NCBI GenBank assembly: GCA_951406725.2
Contig: OX597829.1
Span: 53,072,001 to 53,136,000, forward strand
DNA length: 64,000 bases
Origin: Octopus vulgaris
Lineage: Eukaryota
Reading direction: 5' to 3'
Shown: piece after piece, positions 12,627 through 24,021 of the stretch
How positions within the stretch are numbered: position 1 is the stretch's first letter
How the letters are laid out: each line of letters opens with the position of its first letter
Notes under the pieces: generated by a model
What the model was told of the DNA's origin: nothing
What the model saw: the letters and a program-made list of their open reading frames with translations, nothing else
Database searches by the model: none
Translations under genes and position numbers: made by a program

Positions 12627-12745
12627 TAAGGAATGACCCTGAGAAGGTTGTTCGACTCACTTGAAAAGAGCAGCTAAAACTCAAAACCGCAAAAAATAGT
12701 AATTCTGAAACTAGAGGAAAATAAAAAACATTTATCCCCCTCAAA

Positions 12746-12833
12746 CTTTGTACCCTGCAAGGTTTCAACATCTTCACGCAATCAAATTTAATTAAATTAA
12801 ATTAAATCCATTTACGCTTGGCTTGTCTCGTCA

Positions 12834-12836
<3 letters not shown>
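12746..12836 (-). ncRNA. Type I hammerhead motif with long stem II, in an insertion (about 12621-12836) between (TA)n tracts
   Basis: RNA: UG-CUGACGA-GACA...UGUU-GAAAC-CUUGCAGG-GUA^CAAAG; stem III near-palindrome ACCUUGCAGGGU; 5' strand of stem I cut short by (TA)n. Confidence 0.65.
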
Positions 12837-12870
<34 letters not shown>

Positions 12871-12881
12871 GGCATACATAC

Positions 12882-13281
12882 ATTGTTGGCATCCTTTTCG
12901 TCTCAAGAGACAATGGAGTTGCACATAAAATAATCTAGTCTGGCTTTTACATTTCATGTCCTAATACATCTCCTGCTGTGGCTGTGTAGTCCTATCCTGG
13001 ACAAACACTCCCTCTGGCAGGTACCGCAAATGTAGCGAAGACTGTTCCTGGCTGGTTGTAGTGTCATAGTTTCTTGTTGACGTCTTTTCTTGTCTTTCCA
13101 TTTCTCCTCTCTCCCTCTGTCACTCCCTTGTGTCCACTCTTTCACGGTACGTTGCCAATCTCCATGGTTGCTGGCAACTGCTTCCCAGTTGCTAATATTG
13201 ATGTCACAGGCCTTCACGTCCCTTTTGCAAACATCCTTGTATCGTAAGAATGGTCTTCCCACAGACCTAGTGCCCCTAGGT
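12882..13281 (-). pseudogene. BovB-like RTE LINE 3' end
   Basis: GTRSVGRPFLRYKDVCKRD...W...YICGTCQRECLSRIGLHSHSRRC (C-terminal zinc finger); embedded in (CATA)n. Confidence 0.85.
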
Positions 13282-13964
13282 ATACATACATACAATGGGC
13301 TTCTTTCAGTTTCCAGCATCCAGATGCACTCAGAAGACTTTTGTCAACCTTGTCAATAAGTAAATTTGTATTATACTATCATATCTGTATGGGTATCATT
13401 TTTACAACAGAAACAACCAATCAGACTTGTACAACATTACCATCAGAATTTGAATTTTGATTGTTAGGTTTATAAATCATCAGTCAAGTGTTTATTTCGT
13501 TTGTGATTAGCATGTGTTCTCTGCATATATCTTTAGTTTTGTGCCGTGCTATGAATGTTGCTTCCATCCATAATCGGTTAAAAGGCTCTTTTATTAAAGA
13601 ATGTCACCACTGATACTTTATATTTATGTGGACGTTCAGTGTTTTATTGTACGAAGTGTACAAATGTGTAAAGTATAATTGAACAGGTTCTTCTCTAGCT
13701 TGACTGGGTGTTTTGCCTTTCAACACACCAGATACTGATGAAAAGGCATAGGACTACTTCATAATTGCACAATATTTCAAAAGAAATTAATCTTTTTGAT
13801 TGCTTGACAAAATCTCGTTTGGGAAGTAAGGCATGCTATGTTTCTTGTAATTTGTCTCACTTGAAAAGATTGGCAAGATGTGAGATGTAGAGTGTTATGC
13901 AGTAAATTTACTGGGGTGGTTTGTGAGTGGCTGCATAGAAAAATCAAATGAAATCTTACAGCAT

Positions 13965-14123
13965 AGATGCAGACATGTCTATGTGGTCAGAAATTTGTTT
14001 CCCAATCACATGGATCCAGATTCAATCCCACTGTGTGGCACTTGGGCTAAATGTCTTCAAATATAGCCCAGGGCTGACCAAAGCCTTGTCAGTGGATTTG
14101 GGTGACAGAAACTGAAAGAAGCT

Positions 14124-14169
<46 letters not shown>

Positions 14170-14620
14170 GATGAGCTTCTTTATATATATTTTCTATTTT
14201 CTCTCCCTGTTTATTTCTGTGTTCTTTTCTGTTGAAGAGCTTAGGCTCGAAACATAAAAGACTTTCTTACTTCCTGAGTATTAAACTAATACATTTGTTT
14301 GTTGTTTACTCATTCATTTTCGTCTTTTGTTTTTTTGGTAAATTTTCACTATATGTATGTATATGTAAGTGTGTGGTGTATGTGTGTGGATGTGTGTGTG
14401 TGTGTGAGAGAGAGTGTGTCTGTATGTTCGTGCCCCACCATCTCTTGACAACTGATGTTGGTTTGTTTGCATCCCCATAACTTAGCAGTTCAGCAAAAGA
14501 GACCAATAGAATAAATAATTTCAAAAAAATAAGTACAGGGAATCAATTTATTTGACTAAAATTCTTCAAAGCAGTGCTCTAGCATGGCCATGGTTCAATG
14601 AGTGAAACAAGTAAAAGATG
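13965..14620 (+). mobile_element. SINE family A carrying a hammerhead-element insertion in its TA tract
   Basis: Family A head and tail flank the 14190-14352 insert. Confidence 0.8.
14190..14352 (+). mobile_element. Monomer fragment of the hammerhead-bearing repeat of 56411-57193
   Basis: Matches reverse complement of about 56411-56580; HHR at 14223-14261: UCUUUU-CUGUUGA-A-GAGC uuag GCUC-GAAAC-AUA-AAAGA. Confidence 0.8.
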
Positions 14621-14727
14621 AAAATAAAAAAAAAAAAGATATATCCATAAAAGCTCAAGCTACGTGCCCACTTTTATAGTTAATCAACTCCAAACTGTGG
14701 GCCATTGCAGTTTCCTTTTATCTGTCA

Positions 14728-14974
14728 CTAGCAGTATCGCCCGGCGTTGCTCGGGTTTGTAAGGGAAATAACTATATAAGCATTTTTAGAGAGTTATAGC
14801 CAAAAAATTTAAAATCGTAGACTCATCGTAGACGCGCACTAATACCCAGAAGGGCTCGATATGAATCACGACTATAAGATACCCGCTTTTGGTTAAACTG
14901 CACCGCAAAATGTGGGAGTAGTTATGAATCTAAATCGAAGGGGACAGACACACAACTTCACTCTTATATAAAGA
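14728..14974 (-). mobile_element. Non-autonomous Helitron
   Basis: Minus strand: A|TCtttatataag 5' end; 3' GC-rich hairpin cccgagcaacgccggg then CTAG|T; no TSD. Confidence 0.8.
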
Positions 14975-14975
14975 T

Positions 14976-15298
14976 GGGTTTTTTTTTCAGTCATAGAGTT
15001 AGATTTATGAAGGTGAACAAATTTCGGAAAAAAATCTCCCATAATTCACGGAATTAAAATTACACTTTGATTTTTGTACAAAACTGTATTTGAAGTATTT
15101 ACGAAGTATAATACGTGTTTTCACGAATGTACTAAAGAGATTTACTCTGATATTCTCATTTAAATATGAATAGGTAAATTCGGGCGGTTTGGTAACAAAA
15201 GGGTTTATATAAGTGTCGTCTGTTTAAGAAATCCTATATTGTAGATTTGTATAACTCCCAAAGGGAGGCAGATAAAATCTGCCTTTTATAATAAGAGA
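14976..15298 (-). mobile_element. Second Helitron-like 5' segment abutting the first
   Basis: Minus strand begins A|TCtcttattataaaaggcagattttatctgcc; no separate 3' end seen. Confidence 0.55.
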
Positions 15299-15384
15299 TT
15301 CTCTTATTGAATGTAAAAGTGTGTAGCTTTGTGGTTTGGTGTTGTACTTATGATTGCAAAATTATGGTATCAGTTCCTATACTG

Positions 15385-16282
15385 AACAGTGTGTTATGGC
15401 ACTGAGACATGGTCTGTGACTACTGAGGATATGCAAAGGCTTGAAAGAAATGAAGCCAGTCTGCTCTGCTGGATGTGTAATGTCAATGTGCAATATATAC
15501 AACAAAGTGTGATTTGAAAGAAAAATTGGGTAAATGAAGCATCAAATGTAGTTGAAGACTGCTGATATGGTCATGTGATGCATCAAACAGGTGTCAATCT
15601 CTGTGGAGGGAACATGTGGAAAGGGTAGACCCAGGAATAAGTGGTGGGAAAAGGATCTTGAAATGCTGGAGGGAATGGCAGGACCGAGACTTCTGGCAGC
15701 TTGAGAAGACCTGCCAAGTTAAGTAAAAACGCGGTTGTACGCAAGTACAGGCTTGTCCCCTGCATCCCTCTCTAGCCAAGCATTCCTAATCTTGCAGACT
15801 CATGGGTGCTGGTGGCACATAAACACACCCATACCGGTGCTGTGTAAAAGGGTACCATGTCTTTTCGTCCAACATCACTTTGTCAAACATCTTTACATCC
15901 ACATCTTTTGGTCCATCTTTTTGTCCAATGACTTTTTTGTCCAACAACAAATTCTATCAATAAGATTCTGAATGGTTATTTGATTTTGATGTTCAGCCTG
16001 TTTTCTAAAGAATTTATTTAGAATTGGACAAAATGTCATTAGACAAAAAAATCATCGGGCAAAAAGACATCGGACCAAAAGACAGGGACAAAGTGACATT
16101 GGACAAAGTGACATCAGATAAAAAGTTGGGTCACGGTGTAAAAGCACCCAGTACACTCTGGAAAGTGGCTGGCATTAGGAAGGGCATCCAACCATAGAAA
16201 CCATGCCAAAACAGACAACTGGAGCCTGAATAGCCCTTCAACTGGTCAGCTCCTGACAAACTGCCCAACCCATGCCAGCACA
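15385..16282 (+). mobile_element. Degenerate RTE LINE 3' fragment, interrupted by a MULE-like MITE
   Basis: Encodes remnants of YGTETWSVTTEDMQRLERNEASLLCWMC; 3' UTR resumes after 16135. Confidence 0.75.
15851..16135. mobile_element. Foldback-type MITE with internally repetitive TIRs and 9-bp TSD (Mutator-like)
   Basis: TSD gtgtaaaag at 15842-15850 and 16136-16144; about 15-bp subrepeats ttttgtccaa on the left and ttggacaaaa on the right. Confidence 0.8.
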
Positions 16283-16349
16283 GAAAATGGACAATGATGG
16301 GGGTCCTGAAAAAAGTTTTAGGGGCTGTTTTTTGAATTGAGTCATTAAA

Positions 16350-16566
16350 ATCATTTCAAATTTTGGCACAGGAACAGCAATATTGAAGGGAAAGGTTTAG
16401 TCAATACCATCAAACCCAGTGCATGACTGGTGCTTTATTTTATGGCCCCCTCCGGGGTCCATAAAGTGAAGTAGAAACCCCAGTAGAATTTGAATTCAGA
16501 ATGTAAAGAGTCAGAAGAAATACCACCAAGTATCTTATCCGATGCTCTACCAATTCTGCCAGCTCA
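16350..16566 (-). mobile_element. Old SINE family B copy
   Basis: gactggtgctttattt...gaatttgaattcagaatgtaaag...aattctgccagctc. Confidence 0.6.
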
Positions 16567-16855
16567 TTGTCTTAATTAAGTCATTAAAATTAAAAATAAA
16601 ATATAAAGTAATGTGAATGTGCATGGTCGATTATCATAAGCATTTGATGCTGAGGGTAGAGAGAAATGAGGATGGAATAGTGTAAAGCTACATGAAAAGG
16701 TAGAGTAAACCTGAACGAACTGTTTGGTAAGCAGGATCATTTGAAATATCACCTGGTGTGTGCATGAGAGATGACTGCACTGGTGGTGTGGATTTGCGGT
16801 ATGCGAATGGAGGAAGGGCTCCAGGTGAATGAGTGTCTTGTATGTGCTATTGGAG

Positions 16856-17392
16856 GATGGTGGTGGTAAGGATAACGATGCCGATGACAATGTTGATGAT
16901 GATGATCATGATGACGATGACGGCGATGTCGATAATGATGATGGGGAGGAGGAGGAGGAGAAGGAGGATAATGATGAAGATGATGATGACAACAATGACA
17001 ACACCAATAACAACAACGATGACAATGACAACAATAATCACAATGATGTTGATGATGACAATGATGATGATGATGATGACATCAATGACAATGACGACAA
17101 CAATAACAATGATGGTGGTGGTGGTGGTGGTGGTGGTGGTGGTAGTGGTATGATGATGATGATGATGATGGTGATGGTGGTGGTGGTGATGGTGATGATG
17201 ATGGTGATGGTGATGGTGATGGTGATGATGATCATGATGGTGGTGGTGGTAGTGGTGGTGGTGGTGATGCTGCTGCTGCTGATGATGATGATGACGACAA
17301 TGACGACGACGACAAAATGACGATGATGATGATGATGACAATGACGATGATGATGAAGGCAATGTCAACAACAACAACGACACTGATAATGA
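16856..17392. repeat. Mixed trinucleotide array (GAT/GAG/AAC/GGT)
   Basis: Directly visible. Confidence 0.92.
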
Positions 17393-17924
17393 TAAACGGT
17401 GTAAGCATGTATGACATAGTTACCAATAATAACATATTGTCAGCCAATGTCGGTGATTCCTCCCCCCCAAAAAAAAGAACAAAAACAAGAAAGATTTTTT
17501 TCTTTTATTTTCATTTATGTATTTATATACTTGATGCCTAATAAAGAAACTATTTATCATTCCCATAGAAAATATGGTTGCTTTCTCTCTTGAACATACC
17601 ATCAAGAAGAAGCAACCATTTATACTTTTCTTACTGTTTATTTTGGTTGGGGCTGGAGTTGAGGGGCGGGGTTCCTATTCAGTTTGAAAATATCATATAT
17701 TTTAATACCAGAAAATTAAGTTAAAAGGACACTTTTTTTTTTTAAAAAAATCAGTAAATTGTTTTGGACAAAATACTTGTTTTTCAAATTCCTCATCATT
17801 AAATTATTTCATTTGGTCCAAATTACTCAGAAAAAAAATTTTTTTTAAATAAAAAACTAAGTTTGGGAATGAAAAATTATCATCGCAAAGTATGACTAAT
17901 ATTAACCCTAACACAACACTCTCT

Positions 17925-18207
17925 CTCACACATGAACATACACACATGCACACACACATATACACACACACATATACACACACACTCACACACATGCACG
18001 CACACACATGCACACACACACACATGTGCACACACACATATACACATGCACGCACACACATGCACACACACACACACATGCACACACACACATACACACA
18101 CACTCACATACATGCATGCACACACATGCACACAAACACACACACACACACACACATACACACACACACACATACACACACACGCACACACATGCACACA
18201 CACACAT

Positions 18208-18240
<33 letters not shown>
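17925..18240. repeat. (CA)n/CATG microsatellite
   Basis: Directly visible. Confidence 0.93.
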
Positions 18241-18243
<3 letters not shown>

Positions 18244-18522
18244 GATAACAGGTTTTGATTTATAATGTTAGTTATGCTGGTACAAATTAGTATGTCTGTT
18301 CTGTAAATAATTTCTCCAGATTTTGGCCAACACAACTGACAGCTGTTTTTTTTTTCATGTGTAACTGTTTTGACATTAAGATGTCTCATCAATTGGCCAA
18401 GTTATTAGATTTCAAATTTGAATTTATTCATTTAAAAAGATTTTGTTGTTTTCATTTGGTCCCAAGTCAGCTCTGACTGGGTAGGTTTACAATCAAAAGA
18501 AACCATTCTTTCTCTCGTCCTT

Positions 18523-18559
<37 letters not shown>

Positions 18560-19154
18560 CTTTTTGAAGATGGCACAGCATGATTTAATCTTTTAGCATT
18601 TAAACTGGCCGTTTCCAGCCCAAATATTCTGCCTATTTTATGTTTAAACCAGCCAGATCCAGCCTCTCACACCTACAAATCAAAACCTCATGATTTGGTA
18701 GATTAGAAACTGTGGAAACCAGTCGTGTGTGAGTGTGTGTGTGCTTTGTCCCCTTGTGGGAAATTTTTAAAAAATCAGTGTGTGTGTGTGTGTGTGTGCA
18801 TGAGCGTGCATGTGTATGCATGTATGCGTATATGTGTGTATGCATGTGTGCATGTGTGTGTACATGTGCATGCATTTATGTGTATGCAAGTATGTGTGCA
18901 TGAATGTGTACATGTGTGTGTGCATGCATGCATGTGCATGTGCATGCATGTGCTTGCATGTATGCATGTGTGTGCATGTGTGAGAGTGTATGTCTAGGTT
19001 TGGCAATGCAAACACAAAAGATAGAATTCAAAGCAATTGTGTATTTTATAAAGTTTAGCCTTAGCAATCTGATCTCTCATTCCTTCTCTCTCTCTTTCTC
19101 ACTATTCCCGTCTCTTTCCCTCTTCCCCACCTCCATATATATATATATATATAT

Positions 19155-19155
<1 letters not shown>

Positions 19156-19190
<35 letters not shown>

Positions 19191-19700
19191 GTTTAACGTC
19201 CGCTTTCTATGCTAGCATGGGTTGGATGATTTTGACTGAGGGCTAGCAAACCAGATGGTTGCACCAGTCTCCAGTCTAGATTTGGCTGAGTTTCTACAGC
19301 TGGATGCCCTTCCTAACGCCAACCACTTTACAGAGTGTAGTGGATGCTTATATAAGAGAGAGAAGATTGTGCTGTTTACAGTCATGTAATGCATATCAAT
19401 GAAGACAGTTGCACCAAGAGGTGCCGATCTCTAATTGTAGAGGGAACATGTGGAAGGGGCAAACCCAGGAACACATGGGACAAAGTGATGAGAAAGGATC
19501 TACAGACATTGGGACTCACTGAGGGATGACAGAAGAGTGAAACCCTTGGCAGTTCACTGTGCTTGAAAAGACATACCAAGCCAAGTAAAACCATGAATGC
19601 CCTTGCATACAGGCTTGTCCTCTGCATCCCTCTTCAGTTGAACATTCCTAATCTTGTGGGATCGTGGGTGCTGACACTGTATAAAAAGCACCAGTGCTAC
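19156..19700. mobile_element. Two RTE LINE 3' fragments in opposite orientation (19156-19345 minus; about 19383-19700 plus)
   Basis: (ATC)n-gtttaacgtccg...gctagcatggg tail on minus; gagggaacatgtggaaggggcaaacccaggaa on plus. Confidence 0.7.
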
Positions 19701-19738
19701 ATAATTACACCACTCAAATTTGTTTCAAGATGTAAATA

Positions 19739-19863
19739 TGAGTCTATGTATATTTTTATTAATACTTAGCAGAAGTAATAGAGTGACTCAATGCATGAAA
19801 CTCTTGGACTTTGAGTCACTCTGTTACTTCTGCTAAATATTAACAAAAATATACATAGACTCA
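19739..19863. repeat. Inverted repeat (about 53-bp arms) containing the 3' half of a hammerhead
   Basis: tgagtctatgtatattttt...gagtgactcaa / ttgagtcactc...atacatagactca; GAAAC-UC uuggacuuu GA-GUC-ACUCUG at 19797-19823. Confidence 0.75.
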
Positions 19864-19951
19864 CGTTCTGTGTTCTATTTTTTCTGTTTGCATCAACATA
19901 CCTGTATGTCTGTATGTATATATATATGTGTGTATGTGTGTATTTGCGTGT

Positions 19952-19999
<48 letters not shown>

Positions 20000-20441
20000 A
20001 TATATATGCATGTGTTTATATATATATATATATATATGCACACATACACATACACACACACACATACACACATGCAAACATATATATATATATATTCAAT
20101 GCATATTGTCCATGATTCAGTGCCACACACATTTGCCTACTGCTTTATTGTATAACAAAATGTTTTTATACACATCAAGAAAAGGAAATCTTTCACTGCA
20201 AACATGTTTCTTTAACAGATTCTACAAAGCGAAACAAGTTAATAATACCCAACACTTCTAATGATATCCTGTGTGATTACTTCAAGGATCCTGAGGAGAA
20301 AAGAGACCTGATTTATGAACTCTAATAGGCACCTTCTATTTGAGGGAGATTTGGCTACTAATTCAGTCAAGTAGGTTGAATGACCACAAAAATGTTCCCT
20401 CATTGGCTCATTAATATATCACCTGTAAGATCTGATCTGAT

Positions 20442-20456
20442 AGCTAGCTAGCTAGC

Positions 20457-20551
<95 letters not shown>
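20442..20551. repeat. (TAGC)n-(GATA)n microsatellite
   Basis: Directly visible. Confidence 0.95.
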
Positions 20552-20552
<1 letters not shown>

Positions 20553-20679
20553 GTGGAATACCTTCATCTTTCCAGTCCTATAGGACATCTTCCATTGCAT
20601 TACTTATATATGTCTTGTCTTGACTCAGAGCCTCGCAGCCTTTACTTTGTATATATAACACATGATTTACTGGGGTCAT

Positions 20680-21860
20680 CATCATCGTCGTTGTTGTCGT
20701 TATCATTTAACATCTGCTTTCATGCTGGCATGGGTTGGACGGTTTGACAGGTCTGGCAACCCAAGGCTGCACAAGGCTCCAATCTGATCTGGCAAAGTTT
20801 CTACAGCTGGATACCTTCCTAACACCAACAACTCTGAGAGTGTAGTGAGTGCTTTTTACGTGCCACCAGCACAGGGCCAGTCAGGCGGTACTGCCACCAA
20901 CCATGCTCAAATGGTGTTTTTTATGTGCCACCAGCACAGGGCCAGTCAGGCGTTACTGCCATCAACCATGCTCAAATGGTGTTTTTTATGTGCCAGCAGC
21001 ACGGGAGTCAGTCAGGCGGCACTAACAACAATCATGCTTGAATGGTGCTTTTAATGTGCCACTCAGGCGGTACTGTCATCGGACACAACAACAATTTCAC
21101 TTGCCTCAACAGGTCATCACAGCACAGTTTATTGCCCAATGATTGAAAGGTACTTTTAAATGGGTTGGTTATGTCACACTGACATAGGCCATGGTTACGG
21201 TCTCACTTGTCTTGCCGAGTCTTCTCAAGCATAGCATATCTCCAAAGGTCCCGGTTACTAGTCATTGCCTCAGAGAGGCCCAATGTTCAAAGGTTGTGCT
21301 TCACCACCTCATCCCAGGTCTTCTTGGGTCTACTTCTTCCACAGCTTCCCTCAAATGTGACACTTTTTCATATAGCTGTCCTCATTCATTCATAACACAT
21401 GACCATACCAGTGCAGTTGTCTCTCTTGTACACCACATCTGATGCTTCTTAAGTCCAGCTTTTCTCTCAGGGCACTTACACTCTGTTGTGTATGCACACT
21501 GACATTACACATCCAGCGGAGCATACTGGCTTCATGCATTGCAAGCTTACGCATGTCCTCAGCAGTCACAGCCCATGTTTCACTGCCATGTAGCATGGCT
21601 GTTCGTACACATGCATCATACAGTCTACCTTTTACTTTGAGTGAGAGGCCTTTTCTCACCAGCAGACGTAGGAGCTCTCTGAACTTTACCCAGGCTATAC
21701 TTTATACTTATTCTAGCAGCTACACTTTCAGAGCATCCACCCCTGCTATTGACTTGGTCCCCTAGGTAATGGAAGCTATCAACTATTTGTTGTTTTTCCC
21801 CCCTGGAATGTGATGGAAGCTGTTCTCTGCACACTTTCAGTGTTTATTGTTCCTGAGCAT
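20680..21860 (-). pseudogene. RTE LINE 3' portion (thumb region, ORF end, 3' UTR)
   Basis: IVDSFHYLGDQVNSRGGCSESVAAR...KGLSLKVKGRLYDACVRTAMLHGSETWAVTAEDMRKLA...RWMC; frameshifted; same family as 61701-63455. Confidence 0.92.
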
Positions 21861-21957
21861 TATTCCCAGCAGCTTTTCACCATTGATGCCACCAAAAATG
21901 AACAATACAAGCATAAGTACATACATACATACATACATACATACATACATACATACA

Positions 21958-22512
21958 TGGTGGCTGCCCCCTCGTTATCGAGTATGGCCATTGCACGAAG
22001 CGTAATCAATGTTGTCATCGTGCAATGCCCGTGAAAGAAGATTTTTTTTAAAGTGAGGAAAGGCTGTGCACTGAGTCAATCCCACTCACTAAGCAACAGC
22101 AGCCATAATCCGAAAAGAAGAACAAGTCAACATCATCGGTAACCTCTGAGCCGCAGGTTTTATGTCGGAGTTATCCCAGTTACCTGAATTACCCTCTCCT
22201 AGAAGGATGCCCTAACAAAGGCTAGGAGTCCTTCACTCCCAATGGTTTAACCGTGCGATCGGGTATTCAGTCCGATTATTTCTATGTCCCCGCGCATGAT
22301 ACATCCTTAAGACATTTATTGGATGGCCGTTGACTCTCAAGAGTTCCTCCGCCCTTTGACGGGTTTTGTTTTTCATCCCGCAGGGTGTCCAATAAACACC
22401 CTCCTCACCAAGCAAGCTTGGTGGGGTTGCCGGTTTAGTCGACGACGACCTGACCATGCAACAGGTTGTACTGGATTACATGTTACCAGTAGCAGTCAAA
22501 AGTGACCTGACA
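21958..22512 (-). mobile_element. Non-coding RTE-derived non-autonomous element in (CATA)n
   Basis: 3' end ggctgccccctcgttatcgagtatggccattgcacgaagc shared with the LINE end at 31041-31080; internal ctctcctagaaggatgcc motif of RTE 5' UTR type; CpG-rich. Confidence 0.75.
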
Positions 22513-22689
22513 CATACATACATACATACATACATACATACATACATGCATGCATACATACATAGATATGTTAATGTTTGTCTTTATGTTCAGTTATAAT
22601 AAAAACAGTTTTACGTTAATTGTTATGGGTTTCTCTACACTTTTGATGAGTACAAATTTATTTATTATTCTTAAACAAGAATGTTGCTG

Positions 22690-22734
22690 ACAGCGACTTC
22701 AAAATTTCGGCCATTTAAGCCATTGTCAGACTGC
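22690..22734 (-). ncRNA. Degenerate type I hammerhead motif
   Basis: RNA: GCAGU-CUGACAA-U-GGC uuaaaug GCC-GAAAU-UUUGAA-GUC^GCUGU; reverts to a canonical HHR with palindromic ACUUCGAAGU by three transitions. Confidence 0.55.
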
Positions 22735-23119
22735 AATGCGTTGAAGTTAATCCTGGCTTCATATAATCCCTATTGAGTTAAAATATTCCTTGGGTATGTG
22801 GGTTTGAGTGGTATGTTTTCACTGACCAGATAAATCACATCACCTACAGACATTCTTTTGAAAACTCCTAAAAAAAAAAATCACATTGCAAAAAGAGTTG
22901 TTACACCCAATTACTAAGTTTTTAAACAATAGATTTTGTGCCTTTTACTTTTACATTATCAAAGTAAAGGATAAAATCCAATAAAACCAAAAATAGCTGA
23001 AACTACTGACATATGCCTATAACTACTTGCCAAAAGGGGCACACCTGAATATGCACACCAGATTCCAAAGTTCTATATACATAAATAACTTCTAAACAAT
23101 AACATAACCCTATATTTAA

Positions 23120-23340
23120 CCCTTTCGCTACTGTATTTATTTTGAGATGCTCTGTGTTTCTTTCAATTAATTTTAAATATAACAAAGTATTTAGTAAAAT
23201 AACTTAGTTATCATTCAGCTAGTGTTAGGAACATAAATTGTGACTAAGGTTTGCTGGAAGATTTTAATTCAAAACTTATGAAAACGAGACACTTGTATTC
23301 AGAGCCAGAGGTGGTTTCAGCCAGGTTGGAAATGAAAGGG
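23120..23340 (+). mobile_element. TTAA-flanked MITE (piggyBac-like), family P1
   Basis: TTAA|CCCTTTC...GAAAGGG|TTAA. Confidence 0.85.
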
Positions 23341-23367
23341 TTAAGAATTCTCTATTATATATTTTAA

Positions 23368-23589
23368 CTCTTTTGTTACCATATTTCTGTTGAGATGCTC
23401 TGTGTTTCTTTCAATTAATTTTAAATATAACAAAAAATTTAGTAAAATAATTTAGTTATTATTAAGCTAGTGTTAAGAACATTTATTGTGACTAAGGTTT
23501 GGTGGAAGATTTTAATTCAGAACTTACGAAAACAAGACATTTGTATTATAGAGGTAGAGGCAGTTTCAGCCGGGTTGGTAATGAAAGGG
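23368..23589 (+). mobile_element. TTAA-flanked MITE family P1, adjacent second copy
   Basis: TTAA|CTCTTTT...GAAAGGG|TTAA; colinear with 23120-23340. Confidence 0.85.
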
Positions 23590-23820
23590 TTAATCAATAA
23601 AAATTTCTCCAAAACACCTCTTCTTAACAGCTCACCATAAAAACCTAATTACTACTTTAGTCAAACCTACACATCCGAAGAAGTTTGTAACTCACAAGAG
23701 ATTATATAAAAGTAAGACTAACTTCAATGTGTCACAGTCTGATGTTTGATTAACTGGCTGAAACTTCAAAGTCACTGTCAATGATATTCTTGCTTAAGAA
23801 CAAATATGACTTTATACATA

Positions 23821-24021
23821 CATGGCACTGGCATATAGTGGTTGTTGTCCTGGGTGTGTCGCCACACCCCCAATGCCACCAAATTTCAAGCAGAGATATA
23901 ACAAAAGTTTTCCATTAAGATTTGTGTTTAAATTAATGAGTAAGGTGTTCATATTTATAATGAATTTGCCATTTTCAATGGGTGTGCAGTGCACTCCTAG
24001 CACACCTGGAATATGCCCTTG
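23821..24021 (+). mobile_element. Probable hAT-like MITE
   Basis: cactggcatat...atatgcccttg ends; left part matches 137-210 (gggtgtg..gccaca...aatgccaccaaatttcaagcag). Confidence 0.5.

Noticed and set aside
13735-13760. CTGATGA motif
   Set aside because: No stem II or downstream GAAA in register.
16829-17383. Acidic/Gly/His-rich ORFs resembling low-complexity structural proteins
   Set aside because: Open in several frames on both strands; the same triplet mosaics recur at 35086 and 40415; no splice or domain support.
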